DNA of 64,000 nt from assembly GCA_017694295.1 (NCBI GenBank), contig JADINA010000016.1, forward strand, positions 10,552 through 74,551. Direction: 5' to 3'. The notes under the pieces were generated by a model, which had not been told where the DNA came from, searched no databases, and worked only from the letters and a program-made list of their open reading frames with translations. Positions 1-8,627 of the stretch are shown here, in pieces. The position numbers and the translations under genes were made by a program. Position 1 is the stretch's first letter. Each line of letters opens with the position of its first letter. This DNA is from Candidatus Alloenteromonas pullistercoris (GTDB lineage: Bacteria > Bacillota_I > Bacilli_A > RFN20 > CAG-826).

Positions 1-281
1 CTTTCCACTACCCCGCCCCGGTGATCGGATTTGCCTTGGCTTGGGATAAGGCAAAGCGATTTGTCCTCGGCGTATCGGTCGTATTGCCTTTCCTTTCCGT
101 CATAATGCCATTGCGACCATTCCTGGGAAAAGGCATTCGCCCCTTCTAAGTCGGAATCGGGAAGTGGTTTGCCATGATGAAGGAGAACCAACACGCCATC
201 CGCGTTTACGAAGAAACGGTATTCGAAACCAAGCCCTCGCAGGCGGAATGTCATCGTTTTTTCGTTTACCTCAATTGGCAT
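1..281 (-). CDS. Glycoside hydrolase N-terminal fragment, probably GH36 alpha-galactosidase-like. The gene runs off the left edge of the window.
   Basis: Not in the ORF track because it is open to position 1. Hand translation of the minus strand from ATG at 281 (SD aaaggag upstream) gives MPIEVNEKTMTFRLRGLGFEYRFFVNADGVLVLLHHGKPLPDSDLEGANAF...SQGKSDHRGGVVE with no stop. The pattern resembles GH36 N-termini from memory. It is the last gene of the glycan operon. Confidence 0.45.
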   Translation of the reverse strand, partial: MPIEVNEKTMTFRLRGLGFEYRFFVNADGVLVLLHHGKPLPDSDLEGANAFSQEWSQWHYDGKERQYDRYAEDKSLCLIPSQGKSDHRGGVVE

Positions 282-297
282 GTTGGGGCTCCTTTCC

Positions 298-331
298 CCT
301 TAGGGGGCGGCAAGGAGAACCGCCCCCAAGG
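298..331 (-). other. GC-rich intergenic hairpin (about 12-bp stem with one bulge, 9-nt loop) with no U-tract
   Basis: ccttagggggcgg (298-310) pairs with ccgcccccaagg (320-331). It lies between the stop of the 530-aa lipoprotein gene (345) and the GH36-like start (281). Confidence 0.3.
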
Positions 332-344
332 GATGATTGATGGC

Positions 345-1937
345 TTATTCGGCCACAGTTAGGGTGATGTTGGTGATCTCGGCGTCGAGGTTGCGCGACA
401 TGAAGCTGCCGACGACCGCGCCCGAATACCCGTCTTGCCAGTTGTGGGTGAAATCGAGCAAGACGGTATCGCCGTCGCTTATGACGATTTGGGTATCCTG
501 CCCGCCATCGGTCATGAGACGGACGGCTTTCACGTGGTAGATATGATCCACCTCGATGCGGACTCCGCCCGCATAAGGCTGGACGCCGGTTCCGATGCCG
601 GGGTTAAGGTCGCCGGAGATGGCCCAGCCGGTGAACCCGGCCCCGAATTCGGAAATGATGTAGGCCCTAGATTCGTTGGGGGCCGAGTCCCAGCGGTTGA
701 TGTTGAAGACGAGCGAAGGCATCGCGTCTCTCCCGCCCCAAGCGGTGACCTTGAAGTCGAATTCGACTGTCGATTGTTTATTGGCCGGCAAATAGAAGCC
801 ATCGCCAAGTGATTTGGCGGCCACGTCCTTGGCGTTGACTGGAGCGCCTTCGTTAGCCCCGGTGAAGGTAACAGAGGAGCTATCTTCCCCGATGCTCACG
901 TAGTCGTCATAGGTCGGATAGAAAGCCTGGTCCTTGGTTGGCGCGATGTATTCGTCGATCGCCGAAACGTCGGTGGTGATCTCCATCTTGGTGAAGGTGG
1001 CTCTCACTTGCCCAGCATAAAGGGAGGGGAGGGTGTCGATTTCGTCGAAGTCGTTATAGTTGCTCTCTTTGTAATAAAGCTTGTCGCCGATATAGTAATA
1101 GTAATCGCCGCCCCGCCTAACCGAGGTGAGCTCGATGGGCTTGGTCCAGTCGATTTCGTTTAGCCCGTTGAAGTTCCAGGCCTGGCTTCTATCGGTGACG
1201 GCGCCCCAGCCGACGTTACCCGCGGCGTCGATGTCCATGGTGACGATTTTCGGGGCGGTGAAGTTAGGCCCGGGGGAAAGCATCATGCCGTGGAAGGCGG
1301 AGGTCTTGGGGTTGACGTGGCCTAGGCTCGCCCGGCTCCAGGTGTCCCCGGCGTCGGGATTGGCCAAGACCACCTCGGCCTTCATCATGTAATCTTTGCC
1401 GGAGACCCCTTTGAAGGTGGTGTACCCGTTGGCGGTATTGACCAAGGTCGCCTCCTTTGAGTAGACGCCCTCGTAATTCCAGGAGTCGGGGTTGACCGAG
1501 GTGTCGACGATGGTGTCGAGGACGGTCACCTCCAAGGTGTCGGAGACGGTTTCGTCTTCGACAAGGTAGGCCTTGACGGTCACCTTCCCGGGGGCGATGG
1601 CGGTCAATAGGCCGGTCGCGTCGATGCTTGCCGCCTCGCCTTCGACCGAGTAGGCGAGGGTCCCGCCTTCAACTTCGGCTTCGATTTGCAGCGTTTTCGT
1701 GATGAAGACCTCGTTGATCTCGGTCGTGATGGCGACGGATTTGACGACCTCAGGAGTCGAGACGCTTGGCGATTCGCTTTCCTCGGGGGTCGAGACCTCG
1801 GAGGATGAAGTCAGCTCGGATTTGCTTTCCTCAGCTGAGGAGGAAGGGGAGGACGAGGAGGAAGTCGAGGGGCCGCAGCCAACTAAAAGCAAGGCGGCGG
1901 AGAGGATCAACAGTGATTTGGCTTTATCCATTTTCAT
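345..1937 (-). CDS. Surface lipoprotein with one Big_2 (bacterial Ig-like) domain and two C-terminal beta-sandwich-like modules. Putative glycan-binding protein.
   Basis: Signal peptide plus lipobox (LLLVGC) and a Ser-rich linker. Big_2-like segment VAITTEINEV...GKVTVKAYL. The C-terminal modules are collinear with the neighbouring 618-aa paralog (TDRSQAWNFNGLNEIDW vs TTRSQIWGQNGLDDIDY; AFYPTYDDYVSIG vs SFYPSNSDIVHYQ). Confidence 0.7.
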   Translation of the reverse strand: MKMDKAKSLLILSAALLLVGCGPSTSSSSSPSSSAEESKSELTSSSEVSTPEESESPSVSTPEVVKSVAITTEINEVFITKTLQIEAEVEGGTLAYSVEGEAASIDATGLLTAIAPGKVTVKAYLVEDETVSDTLEVTVLDTIVDTSVNPDSWNYEGVYSKEATLVNTANGYTTFKGVSGKDYMMKAEVVLANPDAGDTWSRASLGHVNPKTSAFHGMMLSPGPNFTAPKIVTMDIDAAGNVGWGAVTDRSQAWNFNGLNEIDWTKPIELTSVRRGGDYYYYIGDKLYYKESNYNDFDEIDTLPSLYAGQVRATFTKMEITTDVSAIDEYIAPTKDQAFYPTYDDYVSIGEDSSSVTFTGANEGAPVNAKDVAAKSLGDGFYLPANKQSTVEFDFKVTAWGGRDAMPSLVFNINRWDSAPNESRAYIISEFGAGFTGWAISGDLNPGIGTGVQPYAGGVRIEVDHIYHVKAVRLMTDGGQDTQIVISDGDTVLLDFTHNWQDGYSGAVVGSFMSRNLDAEITNITLTVAE

Positions 1938-1952
1938 ATCCTTTTATTTGGT

Positions 1953-3809
1953 TTAGGCGGTGAGGCCGCTGGTGAAGGTTAAATTGGAGACGGTGCCCGA
2001 GGTGTATTCGCCGCACACCCAAAGCAAGTAGGCCCCGGTGTAGCGGGAGGTCATCTCGGCGTATTGGTTGCTCTTTACGTCGAACTCAACCGGATTGCCG
2101 TCGACTTCCATGGCGAAGCTCGAGATGTTGTCGGCGATGGTCCTGGTTATCTTGACGTGGTGGGTGGAGGTCAGCTCCTCGGCGACGGGGGCGCTCGATT
2201 CCAAATAGCTATATGGCGCGAGCGGGTCATCCATCGATAGCTGGTAATTCCAGCTGACGAAGCGGGCGACGTTTTTGGCGTTATCGGTTTGCACCGAGGA
2301 TTTGCCGACGAAGAAGGATTCGACGTTGTCCGCCGAGTCATAACGCGACAATCCGATGCCGATGCCGGTGAAGCCGGCGGTGTGGGCATGGTTTAGCAAG
2401 ACGTCGGAGATGTCGAATTCGACGGTGAAGTCGCCCACAAGCATCGCCTTATCCCCAAGCGAGGAGGCCTTGTTGTCCTTGCAAAGGACGTTATTGGCCG
2501 AGAAGACGATGTTCGAGTCGTCTTGGTAATGGACGATGTCGGAATTGGAGGGATAGAAGCTCTTGGCATAGGCGGGGTCGGCAAGCTTGGCGTCGATGAA
2601 CTCGTCGTCGGTGGTGACCATGAAGTCGGTGACGATGCAGGGGATGTCGACCGAGACCAATATCGGCATGGTCGGGATGCCCTCGTATTTGGCCGAGTTG
2701 TCGTACCACATGACCCGGTCGTTGATGAGCCAGTAATGCTCGCGTCCGTTGCGGAGCATGCCGATCTTAACCGGGGAATTGAGGTAATCGATGTCGTCTA
2801 GTCCGTTTTGCCCCCAGATCTGGCTGCGGGTCGTGATGGCCGGCCAGGTCTCGTTGGGGAGGTCTTTGACGATCTGCTTGTTGTAGTCGTTGCCCTGCCC
2901 CTCGACGCGCGGGGAGAAGATGAAGTAGCGGGCGTCGGTCTCGCTTAGCCCCGAGCCAAGGCCAATGCCCTGCCAAACCCAGGTCGAGGTGATGGTTTGC
3001 ATGTCGAACGTCGCCTCGGCGTAATACTTCTCGGAGAGGACGTTGGCGAAATATAGCGAGTGGTAGCCGTCATCGATGCCCTCGGGAAGCTCAACGTAGG
3101 GTTCCTCGTCGGCTTGGTGGCTTATGTCCCAAAGGGGCGAGCCGAGGTTGGAATAGAAGGTGCCTTTGCCGACTTTGAAGGTAACCGAATCGGAGACGCT
3201 TGGGGCGTCGTGGCTCGCGGCCATGATGGTGACCTCGCCTTCGGAAAGGAAGCTTACGACCCCTTCCGCGGAGACGGTCGCAACCTCTTCGTCTGAGCTA
3301 GACCAGTCGACTATCGAGGAGGCGTCCTCCGGCAGGACGGAAACCGATAAGGGCAAATCCTCCCCAACCCATTGCTGCTGCTCGTCCCCGCCTTCGATGG
3401 TCACGGATGTGGCCTCGGGGGCGCCAAGCACGGTGATCTCGATGCTATCCTTGCACCGCGGCTCGATAACCAAGGCGGCGGTGATGGTGACCGTCCCTTC
3501 GGAAAGCCCGGTGACCAAGCCCCGCTCATTGACAGAGGCGATGCTTGGGTCGGAGCTCGTCCAAGTGACGTCGCGCTGGCTTGTGCCGGTGGCTGAGGAG
3601 CGAAGTTGGACGGTGTTGGACACGGTGATGGTCGTTTCGCCGATGGCTTGGACCCTCACCGAATAGGGCCCCTCGTATGATTCTTCCTGGCTTTGGCTGC
3701 TAGTTGGCGATTCGCTTGGGATCGAGGTGACGTTTCCCTCGCCGCACCCGGCCAATAGGCCAAGGGCGAATACGCCTAGAAGCAGGCTTGTCGTGGCGCG
3801 TTTTCTCAT
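1953..3809 (-). CDS. Surface lipoprotein with two Big_2 domains and two C-terminal beta-sandwich-like modules. Paralog of 345..1937.
   Basis: Lipobox LLAGC. Two Big_2-like repeats (...VTWTSSDPSIASVNERGLVTGLSEGTVTITAAL; ...VDWSSSDEEVATVSAEGVVSFLSEGEVTIMAAS). The C-terminal half is homologous to the 530-aa neighbour. Confidence 0.7.
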   Translation of the reverse strand: MRKRATTSLLLGVFALGLLAGCGEGNVTSIPSESPTSSQSQEESYEGPYSVRVQAIGETTITVSNTVQLRSSATGTSQRDVTWTSSDPSIASVNERGLVTGLSEGTVTITAALVIEPRCKDSIEITVLGAPEATSVTIEGGDEQQQWVGEDLPLSVSVLPEDASSIVDWSSSDEEVATVSAEGVVSFLSEGEVTIMAASHDAPSVSDSVTFKVGKGTFYSNLGSPLWDISHQADEEPYVELPEGIDDGYHSLYFANVLSEKYYAEATFDMQTITSTWVWQGIGLGSGLSETDARYFIFSPRVEGQGNDYNKQIVKDLPNETWPAITTRSQIWGQNGLDDIDYLNSPVKIGMLRNGREHYWLINDRVMWYDNSAKYEGIPTMPILVSVDIPCIVTDFMVTTDDEFIDAKLADPAYAKSFYPSNSDIVHYQDDSNIVFSANNVLCKDNKASSLGDKAMLVGDFTVEFDISDVLLNHAHTAGFTGIGIGLSRYDSADNVESFFVGKSSVQTDNAKNVARFVSWNYQLSMDDPLAPYSYLESSAPVAEELTSTHHVKITRTIADNISSFAMEVDGNPVEFDVKSNQYAEMTSRYTGAYLLWVCGEYTSGTVSNLTFTSGLTA

Positions 3810-3838
3810 TGTTTCTTATCTCCTTTCAGACACCGATT

Positions 3839-5260
3839 TCAAATTATCGATGCGCCGCCATAAGGGTCGAATAAATGCATTTCGTCGGCCTTGAAGTGGA
3901 CGCAAACCCTCTCTTGTCTTTTTCCTTCACCTCCTTTTGCCATAGGCAACTTGATGCTTATGTCTTGCCCCGATACGGGCAGATGGACGATTGATTCGGA
4001 GCCGAGGACCTCGGTAAGGGTCGGGGTGCCCTCGAAGTTGGGCATGACCTTCGACCTCCCCTCGAGGAACGATTCCGGGCGGATGCCAAGGAGCAATTTG
4101 AACTTGTTCCCCTTTAGAGCCGCCTCTATTTCCCCTGCTTCCTCCTTTAGGCTTTCCCTCGCCTTAAGTTCGATCTCGACGAATGGGTCTTCCTTCTTCC
4201 GCCAAATCGACTTGAAGCGGTCGATGAAGGAGGCTTTCTTTGGCTTTTCGGCCTTTTCGTTTTTCTTGTATACCCCGGAGGACTGCAGCCTGGCGACGTC
4301 GGCTTTGCTTAGCTTTTCCTTTTGAAGCAGCCTCTTCGTTTCCTCTAGATGCAAGGCAAAGCAATTCCTGACCTTTGCCCCGATCCCCTCCACCTTGAAT
4401 GCCTCAAAGCCTGGAATAGTTATCTCGTCTCCCTTCACCTCGGCTTGCAGGATGTTCATGGCCGGGGAGCCGATGAAGGTGGCGACGAAGAGGTTGGCCG
4501 GGTGGAGGTAAACCTCGGAGGCGGTCCCAATCTGCTGGACGACCCCTTTGTTCATGACGACGATCTTGTTGGCCATCGTCATCGCCTCGGTTTGGTCATG
4601 GGTGACGTAGACGGTCGTGGCCCCCACTTCCTTATGGATGCGGACGATTTCGCTCCTCATCTGGACGCGGAGCTTGGCGTCGAGGTTTGAAAGGGGCTCA
4701 TCCATCAAAAACAGATTCGATTGCCTGACTATCGCCCGCCCAAGGGCCACGCGTTGCATTTGTCCGCCGCTAAGCTCTTTCGGCTTCCTGTCGAGATACG
4801 GCCCAAGGCCGAGGATGTCGGCCGCTTTATAGACCCGTTCCTCGATTTCCCCTTTTTTGAAATGGCGGATCCGTAGCCCGAAGGCGATGTTGTCAAAGAC
4901 ATTCATCTGGGGGTAGAGGGCGTAGTTTTGGAAGACCATGGCGATGTCGCGGTCTTTCGAAGGGAGGTAATTGGAATACACTTTATCGATGAAAAGCTCC
5001 CCAGAGGTGATGTCCTCAAGCCCGGCGATCATCCTCAAGGTCGTCGACTTCCCACAGCCGGATGGGCCGACGAGGGCGACGAAGTCGTGTTTGTCGGCGT
5101 CGAGGCAGAAGTCGAAGACGGCTTGGACGCCGTTTGGGTAAACCTTGTCGATGTGGCGGAGGGAAAGGAAGGAATCGACCGATTCGTCTTTCAACTTGCC
5201 CCCAAGCCGCTTAAGCTCGGCTTTGGCTTCCTGCTTGCTTATGCTTTTTTCGATGTCCAT
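3839..5260 (-). CDS. Sugar ABC transporter ATP-binding protein (MsmK/MalK/UgpC-like) with an N-terminal extension and a Lys/Glu-rich insertion
   Basis: Walker A GPSGCGKST, signature LSGGQMQRVALGRA, Walker B LFLMDEPLS, H-loop VTHDQ. 473 aa versus about 370 aa typical for the family. Confidence 0.9.
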   Translation of the reverse strand: MDIEKSISKQEAKAELKRLGGKLKDESVDSFLSLRHIDKVYPNGVQAVFDFCLDADKHDFVALVGPSGCGKSTTLRMIAGLEDITSGELFIDKVYSNYLPSKDRDIAMVFQNYALYPQMNVFDNIAFGLRIRHFKKGEIEERVYKAADILGLGPYLDRKPKELSGGQMQRVALGRAIVRQSNLFLMDEPLSNLDAKLRVQMRSEIVRIHKEVGATTVYVTHDQTEAMTMANKIVVMNKGVVQQIGTASEVYLHPANLFVATFIGSPAMNILQAEVKGDEITIPGFEAFKVEGIGAKVRNCFALHLEETKRLLQKEKLSKADVARLQSSGVYKKNEKAEKPKKASFIDRFKSIWRKKEDPFVEIELKARESLKEEAGEIEAALKGNKFKLLLGIRPESFLEGRSKVMPNFEGTPTLTEVLGSESIVHLPVSGQDISIKLPMAKGGEGKRQERVCVHFKADEMHLFDPYGGASII

Positions 5261-5269
5261 TGCTTCCTC

Positions 5270-6163
5270 CTAATGCTTGATGCCGGTTTGGGCGACGCCC
5301 TCGATGATCTTCGATTGGGCGATGAGGTAGACGATGAGGATCGGGATCATGGCGATGACGGCCGAGGCCAAAGAAAGAGTGATGGCCTCATAGGATTCGG
5401 AGTTGTCGCTTATGACCTTCAATCCATAGGCCAGCGTCCAAGTCGTCCTCGGGGCGGAGCCGATGATGAGCTGGGCCCATTGGACGTCGTTCCAAGCGCC
5501 CACGAAGCCGAATAGCCCTTGGACGAAGAGGGCGCTTTTGCCTAAGGGCAAGACGACCTTGGCGAAGATCCGGAGGTTGCCAGCCCCGTCTAGACGGGCG
5601 TTCTCGATGAGGTCATGGGGGATGGCGAGGAAGAACTGCCTAATGAGGAAAACCCCGTAAACACCGCCTAAGCTTGGGGCGATTAACCCCAATAGGCTCT
5701 TATAGAACCCAAGCATGTTCATGTTGATCAATTGGGGGGCGGTCGAGATGATGCCCGGGATCGTCATGGTGGCGATGAGGAAATAGAAGATCTTGTTGGA
5801 GTATTTGAAGTCGAGGAAGACGAAGGCATAGGCGGCCATCGAGGCGATGAGAAGGTAAAGCAGGGTGCCCCCGAGGGAGACGATCAACGAGTTGAACAGC
5901 CAATTCCAAATCGGGTAGTACTCGTTGGCCTCGCTTGGGATGTATTCGGTCTTCGAGAACAGCTCGGCATAGCCATCAAAGGTGAAGGCGGCCCAATTGG
6001 AGGGGAAGAAGGAGGAGGCGTGCAGATTGAAGTCGTTATAGTCCCTAAACGACCCGAAGACGCCCCAGATTATGGGCAAAAGCATGAGGATGGAGACGAG
6101 GAGGAGGACGATGAACGCCCCAGCCTTACCTAGACGCTTTCCAAGCTGCGTATCCCTGCGCAC
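5270..6163 (-). CDS. Carbohydrate ABC transporter permease (MalG/BPD_transp_1 type)
   Basis: Six-TM profile and EAA-like loop (IENARLDGAGNLRIFAKVVLPL). Sits next to a second permease and the SBP. The start overlaps the upstream gene by 38 nt and is uncertain. Confidence 0.85.
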   Translation of the reverse strand: MRRDTQLGKRLGKAGAFIVLLLVSILMLLPIIWGVFGSFRDYNDFNLHASSFFPSNWAAFTFDGYAELFSKTEYIPSEANEYYPIWNWLFNSLIVSLGGTLLYLLIASMAAYAFVFLDFKYSNKIFYFLIATMTIPGIISTAPQLINMNMLGFYKSLLGLIAPSLGGVYGVFLIRQFFLAIPHDLIENARLDGAGNLRIFAKVVLPLGKSALFVQGLFGFVGAWNDVQWAQLIIGSAPRTTWTLAYGLKVISDNSESYEAITLSLASAVIAMIPILIVYLIAQSKIIEGVAQTGIKH

Positions 6164-7100
6164 GGCGGCTCCCTCCTTTCCTTTCCTTGTTGCAAAGTAG
6201 CTGGATGATGGCGATGACGACGATGATGAGGCCTAGGCAAATGCCCATCGCGGCCGCGAACCCATATCCACGGCTTGAGCCAAGCAGCATGTCCTGGATG
6301 CGGTAGACGGCGCTTTTCATGGCGTCTTGGTCGGGGGTGTTCGAGGCGAGGATGTAAACCTGGCCATAGAGGTTCATGTAGGAGATGAAGGTGGTGAACA
6401 GGCAAAGAAAGAGCTGATCCTTTATCCCGGGCAAAGTGACGTGGAAAAACCGCCTGAAGGCCCCCGCCCCATCGACGGTCGAGGCCTCGTAAAGGCTATG
6501 GGGGACGTTTTCAAGGCCGGCGCAAAGGATGATGAAGTTTCCGCCGATCCCGCACCAAAGGCAGAACAGTCCGATCATGAACCAGGCAAGCGTCGGGGTG
6601 GCAAACCAGTCGAGGCTTAAGCCGAAGAAGGCGTTGATCCAGCCGGACTGGAAATCGAACATCTTCAGCAATATGAGGCCGGTGGCCGTAAGGGGGAAGA
6701 TGCCCGGCAGGTAGATGCAGGCCCTAAATACCTTGTATAGGGGCGGCTTCATGTTGATCAGCAAGGCCAGCCCAAGCGGGATCAATATCGAAAGGGGCAC
6801 GATGACCAGGGCGAACTTGAACGTCGTCCAGACGGCGCTCCAGAAGTCGCGGGAGAGGACGGGGTTGGTGAAGACGGCGACGAAGTTGTCGAAGCCGACA
6901 AAGGAAGTCGGGAACATACCCTTCCCGTCGAACCCGGACATCGACATGACGATGCCTAGGACCAACGGGAAGACGAAGAAGAGGGCGAAGCAAAGGGCGT
7001 ATGGCCCAAGGAAGGCAAGGACGGCAAAGGCCGAGGAAAAGCCGCGGGAGAGGCGTTCCCGCCTACTCGCGTACTCGACTAAGGTCGTTTCCTTTGCCAT
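6126..7100 (-). CDS. Carbohydrate ABC transporter permease (MalF type)
   Basis: Polytopic, with EAA loop YEASTVDGAGAFRRFFHVTLPGI. Operon context. Confidence 0.85.
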   Translation of the reverse strand: MAKETTLVEYASRRERLSRGFSSAFAVLAFLGPYALCFALFFVFPLVLGIVMSMSGFDGKGMFPTSFVGFDNFVAVFTNPVLSRDFWSAVWTTFKFALVIVPLSILIPLGLALLINMKPPLYKVFRACIYLPGIFPLTATGLILLKMFDFQSGWINAFFGLSLDWFATPTLAWFMIGLFCLWCGIGGNFIILCAGLENVPHSLYEASTVDGAGAFRRFFHVTLPGIKDQLFLCLFTTFISYMNLYGQVYILASNTPDQDAMKSAVYRIQDMLLGSSRGYGFAAAMGICLGLIIVVIAIIQLLCNKERKGGSRRAQGYAAWKASR

Positions 7101-7117
7101 GTCCTTATAGTCCCTTC

Positions 7118-8617
7118 TCAGCTATAAAGCTGGATGTAGGCGACGCAGTCGTCGTATTGCCGCTTGAGGATCGAATCGACGGATTCGGAGAGGAAATCGC
7201 TCGCGATCGATTGCTGCAAGGCGGATTTGAAATAGGTGTCGATGTAGGAATAGTTGACCGTCGGCGGGACCACCACGTAATCGGCCGGGTCGCCCCAATA
7301 CTGGATGTATTCTTCATACGCCGGGTCTTCCCGATAAAGGGAGGAATTGGAGACGGAGAGGGCGGCGGGAAGATGGCCGCGCTTGGCCCATTCGATGCCC
7401 GAATAGTAAGCCATGTAGTCCATGAAGACGGCGGAAGCGCACCTCTTCGTGAGCGATTCGACGGTCGAGGTGAGCATGATGGCGTGCCCCTCGCCCTTGA
7501 TCTTGGCCGAATCCGCCGAATCGGAGGCGGAGAACATGTTGGAAAGGCTTCTGGTCGTTATGTTGGCTTTCCCGCCGTCATCGCGCAGCAAGTTGTCGAA
7601 ATCGCTTTGGTCCTTGGCATAGACCCATGGGCCTTGGAGCTTGAAGATGGCGTTGCCGGTCATAAAAGGCGATTCGCCGACGTCATAGGAAGAGCCGTAA
7701 TCCTTCGACATGGCATGCTCGTTGGCCGAAGTCTCTGAAGGATGAATCCAGCCCCGGAGCAGTTCTAGGCCTTTCACCGTTTCAGGGGAATACCAAGCCG
7801 GCATCCCTTCCTCATCGACGAGCTCGGCCCCGTTTTGGACGGCGGCCGTGTAGCCGACGAACTCATGGACCCACATGTCGCCATAGGCGATCGGGAAGGC
7901 GCAATAGGGTTCGGCGGTTGAGGCCTTCCGCCACTCTGACGCCCCATATCCGGAGGAGTTTTCCCCGCGGATCCAAAGCTCGTTGTTTGCGGCTTTTTCG
8001 GCGGCATCGTCGCAAATCTCCACCAATTCGTTGAAATTCGTCGGGATTTCGTAGCCGTTTTTCTCCAAGATATCAGTCCGCATGACGATCATCGCCGAAT
8101 GGCAGTCGATCGGCATGCCGTATGTCTCCCCGTCGAGGGTGACGGCATCGATGAGCGAAGTGGAAAAGTCGTTGCGGTCAAAAGGCGTGTTGGAGCGGGT
8201 GAAATAGCTATCGATGGGCAATATCCAGCCCCGATCGTTGTATTCGGCGGCCCTTGAGCCGTGGTTGAAAAGCAAATCGGGGGCGTTTTCCCTATCGAAT
8301 TGCATTGTGGTGTTGAGCATGTTCTCCAAATCGTAACGGCTTATGTGCTCGACCGAGACGTTGATCATGCCTTCGTAAAGGGCATTGAACTCGCCGATGA
8401 TGGTGTCTTGGGTTTGGGCGTCGTCGCCGGTGGTGACCGACCACATCGTCAGCTCGACGTTGTCGTAGACGATCTCGCCACCGGAATCGAAGGAGAGGTC
8501 GCCCGTATTGGTGTCGTCGTAGGACGTGGCCTCGGATGACCCACCCCCTCCGCAGGAAGCAAGGAGGGCCGTAAAGGCGAGGGCGGAGAGTGTCTTCAAA
8601 GCTTTTGCGTTCTTCAT
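7118..8617 (-). CDS. Extracellular sugar-binding lipoprotein (ABC solute-binding protein, family 1)
   Basis: Lipobox LLASCGGGGSS. 499 aa, with size and composition typical of oligosaccharide SBPs. Lies immediately upstream of the two permeases. Confidence 0.8.
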   Translation of the reverse strand: MKNAKALKTLSALAFTALLASCGGGGSSEATSYDDTNTGDLSFDSGGEIVYDNVELTMWSVTTGDDAQTQDTIIGEFNALYEGMINVSVEHISRYDLENMLNTTMQFDRENAPDLLFNHGSRAAEYNDRGWILPIDSYFTRSNTPFDRNDFSTSLIDAVTLDGETYGMPIDCHSAMIVMRTDILEKNGYEIPTNFNELVEICDDAAEKAANNELWIRGENSSGYGASEWRKASTAEPYCAFPIAYGDMWVHEFVGYTAAVQNGAELVDEEGMPAWYSPETVKGLELLRGWIHPSETSANEHAMSKDYGSSYDVGESPFMTGNAIFKLQGPWVYAKDQSDFDNLLRDDGGKANITTRSLSNMFSASDSADSAKIKGEGHAIMLTSTVESLTKRCASAVFMDYMAYYSGIEWAKRGHLPAALSVSNSSLYREDPAYEEYIQYWGDPADYVVVPPTVNYSYIDTYFKSALQQSIASDFLSESVDSILKRQYDDCVAYIQLYS

Positions 8618-8627
8618 TTCTTTCCTC

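Noticed and set aside
174-362. 62-aa plus-strand ORF at the left edge
   Set aside because: It is antisense to the open GH36-like reading frame, which has an SD and a family-like N-terminus, and it also covers the intergenic hairpin. No supporting features.
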